From assembly GCA_009784185.1 (NCBI GenBank), contig WRCD01000002.1, forward strand, positions 132,935 to 196,934: a stretch of 64,000 nt of DNA. Direction: 5' to 3'. This document shows, piece by piece, positions 10,501 through 22,500 of the stretch. The translations under genes were made by a program, and so were the position numbers. This DNA comes from Bacillota bacterium (GTDB lineage: Bacteria; Bacillota; Clostridia; Christensenellales; UBA1242). How positions within the stretch are numbered: the first letter of the stretch is position 1; each line of letters begins with the position of its first letter. The notes beneath the pieces are model-generated. The model saw only the letters and a program-made list of their open reading frames with translations, did not search any database and was not told the DNA's origin.

Positions 10501-13500
10501 AAATCAATAGATATGTCGGGAGAGGCTAACTGGACTCCGATTGGAACAAACACGCAACCGTTTACCGGCACAATAAGAGGCTTCGGCAACCTTCAGCGCG
10601 TAACAGGCATCCGGATGCAAAACATATTTAGCGCTGCTGGCGGCACGCAGGACGAGTACCTGTCCCGTTACGGTATATTCAGATATCTGGGAAACTCGCT
10701 TAATTATGCAACCATAACAAACATTGAGTTTGTTATAGAACACATAGATGTTAATGTAGGCTCATCCGGTCTGTCAGAAATATATATCGGCGGGCTTGCG
10801 GGCGAAATGCGGGCCAACCTTAACAATGTTTCGGTAATAATCAAAAAGGTAACACTTAATACCACAAATGGTGGAAGCACATACGTGGGCTCTTTGTATT
10901 TCGGAGGAATTGCCGGGCTTAACCAGACTAAGGTATCAGGAGCTAATACCGGTGTAATAAACACAGACGTTGCAATTCTTTCAACCGAAATAAATACCGG
11001 GACCACTCCGGCATTTATAGGCGGAATTGCGGGCATTAATACGGGCGATATAGGAAACCCCGGTATGACAGCGGCCTTCAACACTGTAATTGGTGGTATT
11101 ACCGTAAGCGGCAATAAGGCAAGCGTTGGCGGAATTGCCGGAATTAATGGGATTGTCGGAAATAACGACTCCTCTGTACGTATTTCGGGCGCTTTAACCG
11201 ATGGAAGGCTGCAAAACACCAATGCCGGCACCGGCAGTCATGCAGGCGGAATTGCCGGGCAAAACCTTGGCTCAATAAGCTACTCGGACGCAAGTATGCG
11301 CGTTTCCGGCTTTTACAATGTAGGCGGAATAGCAGGAATGCAGTTCCACGGGCGTATGGAGTACTGCTCGTTTAAAGCATACGACGACAACAAGCGCGGC
11401 GCAGACGGTTTTTACCTTAGCGCTTCGGGCAATGTAGGCGGGCTTGTTGGGTTTATGAGCGTAGGAGTAATTAAATACAGTTACGCAATCAGTTATTTTG
11501 TAAGCCAGATAGACTTTATTCCAACCGGTTTTTGGGGCGATATTTTTCTTACAGGCAACACTGAAGTAAATGCAGGCGGCCTTGTAGGCATAACTCTTGA
11601 GAATAATACCGAAAACCATATTTTCAATAGTTTCAGCAGCCTGAATGTTGGTGTGGTGAGCGGCTTAAGCGAAATGAACATAGGCGGGCTTGTGGGGTTG
11701 TCTGATGAAGATCAGTGGCTATATATTTATGATAGTTATGCCGATTGTGTGTTTAAGCTGCCTGCGGTTCAACCTTTACTGAACGTTGGCGCAATTATTG
11801 GTAAAGCAGTTGGATTTGTCCCGACACTTAGCAATATTTATGCTGCAATTGATGGGGTTACCGACCCGGTTGGTGACGGTAGTTTTGTTAACGGCACCAA
11901 CAGCAATGTGTATATAAAAGCGCCTGTAACCGATGATATTTATGCGCCGCTATATTATCTGCTTTCAGACGAGGATATGAGAAAAAAGTCAAGCTTTGTA
12001 TGGTTTGATTTTAACAGCTTAAGGCCGGTATGGATACCTCCAACAGCCGAAACCTATCCTCAGCTGCTAACAGAGGGCGGCAATGCGCTTAAAGAGCCGG
12101 TAATAGAGCAATTTATTGTAGATGTAAAGGATTTAAAGCCGCTAAACGATAGCGGTGAGTTAAACAATGCAATTGCTGTTCCGCATCCTGCAAAAGCCCG
12201 CGTGGTTCTGGTTTACGTCAAGGATGCCAGTTTCTCTCTTGCCGACCTGATTAATTGCAAAACTATCCCTGAAGAAGCCAAAGCAAATGTCAGGGTATCC
12301 AGCAGCAACAGTAACATTGTTGCGGTGCATCAAAGCGTAAGTTTAGACAACGTCCGGTTAAATGTGCTGGCAACCGGCACGGTTGTTATAGAAGTTGTTT
12401 CAAGAGTAAATCTTAGCGTTAAATTTGAGCTAGAAATCTGCGTAATTGAAGGCTACAGCAAGTTCCAGCTGTGGGGCAGTGTTGACATGAACCCTGCAGG
12501 CGACACAATACAGAAAGACAATTATCTTAACATTAAGTACGGCAGTCAGCATACGCTTGTAGCACAATTTACAAATTCTTCTACGCGTGTTGGTGCGGGC
12601 GTGCGTGTTGCGGTAGAAGACGGAGATGAGTCCTATTTTGAGGTTATGGGCGCAAGCGGACCATTGTCCTGGACAAAAGAGGATGACAAACAGGTGGTGT
12701 ACCTGCCTGCATCCAGCCCGCTTATATTCAACACTTTAAAGGCCGAAACAGAAGGTATTGAAGTTAGTGTAACCCCGTGCGTGGTGGGTTGGTTTGATAA
12801 ACTCGGCGCGCTTGAACCTACATATGTACTTATATCGGAGCAGACAGTAGAATTTACGCTTCGAATTTGTCAGGGTGCAACAAGCCTGGCGGTTACGCCG
12901 GACTCGGCCGTGATTGAGCCGAAAGACAGCCAGACCGTTTCATTGCTGGCAAAAACAGATAAGAAAGACGATAAATTTACGTTAGAGATATGGGACGGTT
13001 CCGTCAAGCTTGAAGAAAAAGACGGCGTATATGGCGGAATACTTGGTGTAAACTGGTTTGACAAACAGTTCTTTTGCGGCAGCGAAGAGCTCCGTGCAAA
13101 CATACAGTTGTCATTAATAGATAAAAAAATAACTAAACAGGTTACATACATAATTATTGTTTCTATAGAAAGCTGGAATGGCGAATCCATAAAGAGAATG
13201 TTTGAACTGACATTTATACCTCAGAGTGTTGACAGGCTTGATATGGTACACTTTGCGGATGCCGTAACAGATGCTAACGGAGTGGTTGCAAATGAAATTC
13301 CGGGCGCGGGCTATATACCAAGCAACACTATAGTTGCAGGCGACTTTGGGCTGTTAAGGATTGATATTGCGCCATACTTTGCCGATGTTGATTATGTTGA
13401 AATTACCAGCAGTCAGGCTGCGGGTGACGTTATTTCGTTTGACCAGCGTATTATGTATATAGAAAAGGACCAGTTCCGGTACAGAATGTATCAGGAAGGT

Positions 13501-16500
13501 GTTTCCATTATACCAAACGGAATAAAAATAACCAATTTGTGGTCAAAAGATGGTTTAGATGACAAAGACAATCCGATTTTGGTGTTTGACGGTTCTATTT
13601 ATATTCGTACCGTAATTCGTTCCGCTACCTCGCTGGCATCCAGTTTTACTGTAACCGTACGTGTAGTTGGGCACGACCATGAGCGCACCGAGCAGTTGGT
13701 GCTTGCGGTAGATGCAATGCCGCAGCTTACGGTAACCTATCCGGGGTATAACCGTTTTGGCTCTGCCTACATTGCGGACGGCACCAGTATAGGCAACAAC
13801 CTTACGGTTAGCTTTGATGCCCGCGGCGGAGCTGTTAGCTTAGTTCCGGGCAGCCCAAGTATTGAAGGCGCAAAATCTGGCAGTGGAATAGAAATGACAC
13901 GGGACCCGAACAACAGCCGAATCTACGTCATTTATGTACAGGAAGGCAATATTGGCAGCAAGTTTGTGGTTGAAACTACCATAGAGCGGATTGTAAACGG
14001 ACAGCGCAGATATCATACAGTAGAAATACCGTTTACGGTAGTGGATATTGTAATTGACAGCCTTGGCGTAAAAGGCGTGTCCGGCGGTGTTTATTCCGCC
14101 GCATATGCGGGCGGTAAAAGCTACCCGATGGAAGTGTCTTTTGCAGCCAGTTCGTTAAGGTACAATTTAGATACAGATACTAACATTGATGTGCTCAACA
14201 GTATAGAGCAGCTGTTTGTTCGCATAAACGGCGGCCGTTTATCCGGCGGAACACAGTTAAACTATTGGGGATTCAGGACCGGACAGAACTCTAACGGCGA
14301 TTTCACTTACGGATTGCCGCAACACGGCGGACTTACACACGTGAGTAAAATTTCCGGAGCAGATGATATTGGGATTTACAATTACTCACCCAACGGAATA
14401 AGCAACTCGGAGAATGTCCGCTTAAGTGTTATATATGACTACAACGAAGAAGGAGAGCTTACGTTACGAGATGATTCGTTTGCGGGAGTCAGGCTTGAAG
14501 CAATGACATACTTTAACTTTAACTTTTATCAGCATACTTCTCCCGACAGTCCGATTCCTGTATATAATGTTAACGAACTGCGCGCAATGCTGCCATATCA
14601 GGATTACATTCTGTTGAACGACATAAAACTGCCAAACGAATGGCGGCCGCTGGATATAGCAATAAACAGCCTTGACGGAAACGGCTTTAATATATTGTTT
14701 GAAACAGAGGTAGGGGTGTTTAACCGCACCGACTCAAATGCCAACAACGAGCAGAACCTTGGCCTGTTTAGTGTTGTGTACGAAAACACCTTGCTTAAAA
14801 ACATTACCATGTGGCTGGAAGGAACCGACATAAGGCAAAACGCAGTTGCGCTCACAACCGTCAACTTTGGCGTAATAGCCGGAACAAACCGCGGAACAAT
14901 TACAAACTGTGCCGTAATTTCGGATGGGCTCCTCAAGGGAGATGATATATCGGGCATCACGCTTGAAGCTGCCAACCGGGCAAACGACACACACAATATA
15001 GGCGGATTGGTTGGCGTCAATTTGGGAACGATTACACATTCGCGTGTTCAGGGCATAAACATAACGGCTTACGGCAATGTGGCGGGCCTGGTAGCACAAA
15101 ACTACAGTTATATTTCGGCGTGCTATTATGCATACGGTGAAATTAAAAACACTGCCAGCAGTAACCAGACCGGTAATGTTGGTACATCCGGGCTTGTAGG
15201 CGTTAATCACAATATGGCTAAGATAATTCAGAGTTATGCCGGCAGCCGTGAGCCAACCAATGAAGCGAAGCATGCCAGTTTTATAGCTTCCAGCGTCCGT
15301 GCGGCAGGCTTTGTGTACGAAAACTTTGGAACGATTGAGGACTGCTATTCCAACATGGAAATCGAGTCCGACAGCCGCAGCAGCGGATTTGCCTTTATAA
15401 ACCGTGAGAACGGAGTAATAAACAGAAGCTTTTCAATTTCTAAGCTGCTGGAAAGCCTTAGTGCACATACGCCGTTTATCGGAACCGAAGCAGATGTGCT
15501 TAACCCGAGCAACAACTTTAACCCCACCGGCGTAAATGATTGTTTTTATCTGCTTGGCAATTTTACCGTGGCAGGAAAAAATATTGACCCTGCACGTGAA
15601 ATTTCATCTTATGAATTTACCCAACCCGATGTGTTTAGCGGGTATGGGCTGTCTCGTAATCTGGCTGGCGCTTGGCATGAGTTTTCGGGAGTATGGGTTA
15701 TTCCAAACAGTACCAATTCGTACTTCCGCATCGGCTCGTCCGTAGGAGCCGGCACGTCTTCGTATATTCAGCTTGTAGCCCCAAACATGATTGCTAATCC
15801 AAGCCGTGAGCTTAGGCTTGAGTATTCGTATATAGACCCAAGCACGGGACAGATGGTTTATCAATATTCTTCAAATTACGGACAAAGATTTGAGGTTACA
15901 GGCACCGGCACTGACAATACCCGGGCAAAAAATGACCCGTTTGGCAGACGTGTCATTGTTGATTATGACCCATGGCTTATTTATAATGCAGCCGGCTTAA
16001 ACATTGCTGCAGAAAAGGACCAGTCGGCAAATGATGGCATTATGAAAGGTGCATACAGGCTTATAAGAGATATTGACCTGAACGACTTATATCGTCCGGC
16101 CGACGGCAGTGCGGCAACGGTTCTGGAAACAACCAAATACGAGTTCTGGGGTGACTTTAACGGCAACGGTTTAAGTATAAACAACCTGGAAATAACAATA
16201 AGAGTTGGGGTTGATACAAACAGCACAGGGTTGTTTAAGTCGGTTTATACGCCGCCCCGTTATAACGATATCAGCCGCCTGAACAGGGTTGATGCACCTG
16301 TGGCAAATGTGTCTAACCTGAACATAACAGTCAGCGAAATTTTGGCCGGCAACACCACATATGTTGGTGCGCTTGCGGGCAGGGTGGAAAACAGTAACCT
16401 GATAAACATAAGCGTAAGCGGCAACAATATTGTTGTAGGGCAAAATATTGTGGGCGGTGTTGCCGGGCTTGTTACAGGAATGTCGCGCGCAATAAACATA

Positions 16501-19500
16501 AACAGCAACCTGTCGGTTAGTGCGGTATTTAGTCAGCAGGACGGTGTAACGGGCGCAAGTTTGTATGCCGACGACTTGTATAACTTTTTTGAAATATCAA
16601 CAGATGTCAAGTGGCAAAAAGGCGAGTGGCAAAAAGGCGAATGGGATGGTGAGGAATGGATAGAATGGGAAGAGGACAAGTGGAAATGGATAGAATGGGA
16701 AGAGGCCAAGTGGGTTTCTGAGAGAGTACATGCAAGTGACGAAAGGCACGCTCATAACAGGCTTAATTACGTAGGCGGAGTGTTTGGAATTGTGGACCTG
16801 GCTAAGCATTCCGGTGATGACAAAGAAAATTTGAAAGATGCAAAAAGCAGTCTGGTTAGTCATATAACCGGATTTGGGTCAAGCAAGGTAATAGGTGAAA
16901 ATGCGGGCGGTCTGTTCGGGCTGATTGGGGCTGAGACATATGCTGCAAACTTATATAAAATAGCAGGTGACGGCGGGTACATAAAAAGCCTGCAGTTTGC
17001 CGGCGGAATTGCGGCCGAAAACCGCGGAATAATTAGTTTTGCCAGCGTAACATATGAAAACGATGCCTTCACGTTAACTCAGAACGAAGTTGACAATGCC
17101 GAATGGGGAGTGATGGCGGCCGAGGGTATAGCACGCAACTACTTCCAGGGCACGCCGTTTGCGGTTGGCGGTCTGGTTGGATATAGTTACGGGCTGAAAA
17201 GCGGAACAAAAATATCCGGAATGATTGAAAAAAGCTATTCACGTGTGCACGTATACAACACCGGTGCTAATGTTGCGGGCGGTATTGTTGGTGTTATGAC
17301 AGGCGGAGACCTGAAATCCGTTTATACAACTGGCTCGGTGCGTGCCGGTCCGGTTGACCCGTCTGTGGGCGGTCTGGTTGGTGCCATATACGATTTTATT
17401 GACCTGGTAGTTAAAAAGATTATAGTAAACCCATATGAACAGATTTTAAAAGACGATTATGAGTACTTTAAAGACGGTGATCCAACACCGGTTAATGAGG
17501 AAACTTTTAAAACCTTGTCCATTATAAATTTTGCGGTTGCAATGAACAACTGGAGTTATCTGGACTTTAACTACTACAAAACAATGGCAGACGGCTTCAG
17601 CCCGAAAATCGGCGGGCTTGTTGGTGATATTTCTGATGAAAAACTGCTGCTTTCGGCTCACAATGATGCCAGCGCAACCAACTTCTTTGTAAGCGAGATA
17701 TACGCTCTGCCAACTGTTGGCGGGGTGCTTCCCGCATTAACAGCGGGGCAGACAATTGAGCTTAAGGCAATTGGTACGGCCGGTGTTGCAGACATATTAA
17801 AAGCGGCCAAGGAAATGACTCCTGCAGAGTTCATGGCTATGCAGGGCACCTCGTCTACTGCATTAACCGCAAAACAAAAAGTGTTTGGAGGCTGGGACAG
17901 GCTTACATATAATATAACCGGGCCGGAAAAGTTTCCTGTAATTGATTTAAGGGCTGCTACAAGCGAGATAGAGGTTAGAGATGAAACTGACTTGCGGCAA
18001 ATATATTGGCACATGGATAAGACTTATAGACTGACGAGAGACATTGAGCTGAAAGGCGGCTGGACACCGCTTGGAGATGTATATTATCCGTTTACCGGCA
18101 CACTGGAGTCGATGCCGCCGTCCACTGCCGGCGGAACGGGTACTGCATATACAATCAGCGGCATGACAATAGACAAGTCGTTTAGTTTCTACAACGGGCT
18201 GTTTGGCGCAACCAAAAATGCTAAAATCAGCAACATACAGCTTAAAAACGTTAAAATTTCGGCCAACTTCAATAAAAACGAAAACACATACGTTGGTGCG
18301 TTGGTCGGAAAAGCCAAAAACACCAAATTTTCAAACATATTAATTGATGCAAAAATTACAACAAACGCGGCTTTTGCGGGCGGGCTTGTTGGGCATGCGC
18401 AAAAGGGCGCTTTAAACGCAAACGGAACCGAAAAACTTTATTATATTAACAATATTATTGTTGGTGCGGACATAGAGCTTATTTCATCTGAACCCGACGG
18501 CAATGTGCGCATGGACACAACACCGGCCTCAGCGGGAGTTTTGGCAGGGTATCTTGAACTTTACAACGTTAAAGGCGTATATGCAAGCGGAAAAATTGAT
18601 GCAACCGGATTTGTATGCGGCGTTAAACTTGGCGGATTGGTTGGAGAAACTTCCGGAAGCGAGTTTAAATACACGCATACGGATGTAAACATAATTGACG
18701 ATGAGTTCGGGCTGCTGCAGAACGAAATTCCAAGTGCCGGCATCGGTGGTTTTGCAGGAGAAATAATTTCCTCACATATAACAAACTCATATGCAGGCGG
18801 CAGCATTAGTATAAACATAGTTAAACAAATGACCAACAGCAGCGAGTTTAGAGTTGGCGGCTTTGCCGGTTTCGTTAGTAGCGGCACCTTTATTGGAGAC
18901 AGCATGGCGGCAGGTAATATTACATTAGACTCTGGTTTAGCCACCGGGCTTGACGGTGGAACATATACACAGGTTGGCGGCTTTGTGGGAGAGTTTAAAA
19001 GCGACAGCAAGCTTTATGGAACCGAGGACTTCAACATTATGTACAGCATAAGCATTGTAAGTATTAGAAACTTCAGTTTGTTTGGAGTAAAAGAAAGTGC
19101 GGCCGGTAAGGTAGATGCGTTTACAAGTTCACCGTTGTCTAAAGTATCTATAGATTACGCAAGCGTGTATTATGACACCTATATGGCTCTTATCGGAACC
19201 AGTTGTCACAATGAGCTGGCCAAGGAAACCAGATTTTTTGTGGAAGACAGGTTGTCGGGCGAATTTTTAAACAGCTCCGGCAATTTTGGACAAAACGGTA
19301 TGCAATGGAGAAAGGCTAACAGCAACACAAAACAGGATTCCGAGGGCGTTAAAACGGCATATTACGTGCCTGAGGTTAAAGCTGAAACCACAGTTTTCAT
19401 GTTTGAAATCACTCCGAATGTGGAGTTCTCGCAAATTTTTACAAACAAAGTAAACGCTAATCTTGGAGCAACCACAAGCGGCCATGGCACAAAGGTTAAT

Positions 19501-22500
19501 CCTATTGGCATAAGCCCCGCCGAAAGCGGCACCACATTTGCAGGGATGATAGGCAAAGCCGATAAGCAGTACTACATCCAGACCACAAATGCCGATGAGA
19601 CTGCAATTCCGGTTGATATGCTCCAGTCTGCAAATATAAGTTTTGGCGGGTTCTTTAACGGCAACGGATACACGCTTGCTGCCAAGCCGTACGCAAGCAT
19701 TTGGGCAGGTTCCGGCCTGCAATCTGCAGGTAAGCTGGGTGTGTTTGACAGCATAGGCGGATTTGCTGACGAAAACAACATTACGTTAACCCAGAAGGCA
19801 AATGCGGCTTTTGTAACAGGCGTAACGGTAACGGGCATTGATATAGACTTCCGTTCAACCCGGGAGACGTTAAACGTTGGCGGACTTGCTAACCGTATTG
19901 GCAGGTATAGCATTGTTGCAAGCACATCGGTTGAAGGCAATATAAATGTGCTGAGCGATTACAAAGTTGCTGCCGCGGCAGCAGACTCCGCTATAAATGC
20001 CGGCGGTTTTGCGGCAGAAAACCACGGGCAGATTATAAACAGTGCATCCCGCGTAAGCATTACTGTTGGCGGCAACAGTGCTGCCAACATAGGCGGATTT
20101 GCGGGAGTTACTAAAGGCGGCAGTTTTGCAAGCTACAACGGCACGTATCACTTTGGCAGTATAACCGACAACACAACCGAAGTTTTGCCGGTAAACAAAT
20201 CTAATGCCGGCGGCTTTACCGGAAACGAGGTAGACTTTGCTGCAAGAGCATACAACTCATATGCCGTATCTGATATAAGCAAAAAAGCCGGGGCTACCGG
20301 CAGCCTTGGCAGCTTTGGCGGAGCAGCCGGCTCTGTAACGCTTCTTTCGGGCAGCAATGTAAGCTATGACAGCCGGCTTGGCAGCGGCCAAACTGATGCG
20401 GCAGGCATAACTCCGGATGTGCAGAGGAAAAATATAAGTGAAGACTCCGGCGGAGTAAGAATCAGCTGGTTTAAAGCGGATAACAGCATTAACGAGGGCT
20501 GGCCATATATCCCGGATGTGGATACAATAAACACTTCCACCGGAATAGAACCACGAGCTGCAGTAGCTACAGGCAACGGAGACCCCGACAAGCCATACCT
20601 TATAAGAAGCAGCGGTCAGTTTGAATGGATGGTAAACAACTCGGGCACAGGCAAACACTTCAGCCTTGAAACTGATGTTAATGTAGCCGGGTATGGCTTA
20701 ACCAGCCCTAACTTTAGCGGAACCTTGCTTGGCAACGGTCATACGGTAAGCGGACTGACACAGGCATTGTTTACTAATATTACCGGAAAGGTACATCAAC
20801 TGGGAATTATCAGCGAATCAAACACGTCACATTATGCGCTTGCAAGCGAAACACTAACTGCAGGGAGCAGCGTAACGGAATGTATGGTTGAGAGCGGACC
20901 GGCAGCTAAAGGATTTGTCAGGACTAACGACGGAATGATAGAAGACTGTTATATTGTTTCAGATGCAATTACTTTAATCCTTAACGGAAGCGGTCAGACA
21001 AAAAGAGTTCGCAAGGCATCTGAATTAGAATCAATCACTACATACGAAAGTCTGATAGTGAAAACCGAAGGAAAAGAGTTGCTGCCGGTGTTTGGCACTA
21101 TCTGGGGCATGATGCCGGATTCTACAGCCAACGGTTTAGAGAGTGCAATTAAGGTGCTGGCGCCTCGTCTGCTGGCTTTTGAGAAAAAGGCCTCCGATAT
21201 AGATGTGTCGGACACATTCCTGCAAGGCACCTACATTACTTCATTAGTTGTTGAAATTGCAACAAAAAAAGAGTTTGTTAAATACGCAAATTATATAAAC
21301 AAGCATGGTGCATCGGTTTTAGATGCTGTCATAAACAACGATATTAATTTTGCCGGACACCTGTTTGCGCCAATTAACCAAGACAGCAAAAACGGTGACC
21401 GAATTATTCTTAACGGCAACGGCAAGACATTGCTGAACCTGGCCGTTTTGGGCAATGAAGAAATGGGCGGTCTGTTTGGCGCAACAGCCGGTGGCCAAAC
21501 TGGCATCAGCAGCATTAAAAACCTGAACCTGGTTAACAGTGTTTCATACGGTAAAAATGCCGTTGGCTTACTGGTTGGAAATATGCGCGGTGATATTGAC
21601 TCCGTTATTGACATCGTAGAAGCCAAAAACAGTGTGGTATATGCCAGCGGAGACAAAATTGGCGGCATTGCCGGCAATGTGGAGCAAGGCGGAAAAATAA
21701 CGAGCCCAACATTGGTTAACTGCTATGTTGACGGAGGGAGTTCTGTTGGCGGCGTTGCCGGTATATTGAGCGGACTTAATACAATATCCAAACCAATTGT
21801 GCAAAACGCCAAGATAAACTACATATCAACACAGAAAGGAACCGACATACCTGATACACTTAAAGAAGTGGGCGGAATAGTTGGTGCTTCCAAACTCACA
21901 ACAAACACAATAAGCCACACAACAGGCTCATACGCGATAGTTGCAGATGCAGCTACTGTTGTATACGGATACTCGTCTGTTGGCGGAGTGGCCGGAGTTA
22001 ACGGGGGCGATATTAAGTGGCTCAGGTCTGACGCGGCAGTAAACGCCGTGTATATCAGTGGTAAAAACGGCCATGATGTTATTAAAGGATACAACAGTAA
22101 CATCGGTGGAATTGTGGGGGTCAACTCTACCCTCAGCAATATTACGGAAGTAGAGTTTAAAGGAACGGTTAATAAACCGCTGACTAATCCTCTATTCCCG
22201 CCGTTTGATATAACTACCGCAAACAATGTTGGCGGAATTGCGGGGGACAATGCAGGAAGTATTAGCTGGAGTAAAACAACAGGGGCCGAGGTGCATGGAA
22301 TCAGTAATGTTGGAGGCATTGCGGGGCTAAACTCCGGCATAGGCAACATAAACAACTGTACAAACAATGCAAATGTGTACGGAGCAAGAAACGTTGGCGG
22401 TATTGCCGGCAAGGTTGTTGCAACGGCGCCGGGGCAGTTAGGCACTCCATCGGTTTCCAAGTCGGCCAACCTGTTTGGCAAGGTTGAAGGCAGACATCTT

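Noticed and set aside
10704-11231. Long antisense ORFs inside the giant genes: 10704-11231, 14734-15273, 21819-22481 and 25123-25710 on the minus strand, plus many of 60-150 aa.
   Set aside because: Their Pro/Ile/Ala-rich sequences (..AIPPT..) are simply the reverse complement of the repeated GGx-GGx-ATT-GCx codons of the GG[IL][AV]G motifs. They lack SDs and lie fully inside strongly supported sense ORFs.
16597-16863. A tandem-repeat region that might be a CRISPR-like or minisatellite array.
   Set aside because: There are only two copies each of a 15-nt and a 30-nt unit with no spacers. The region is entirely in frame within the 5278-aa ORF, so it is reported as a coding repeat instead.
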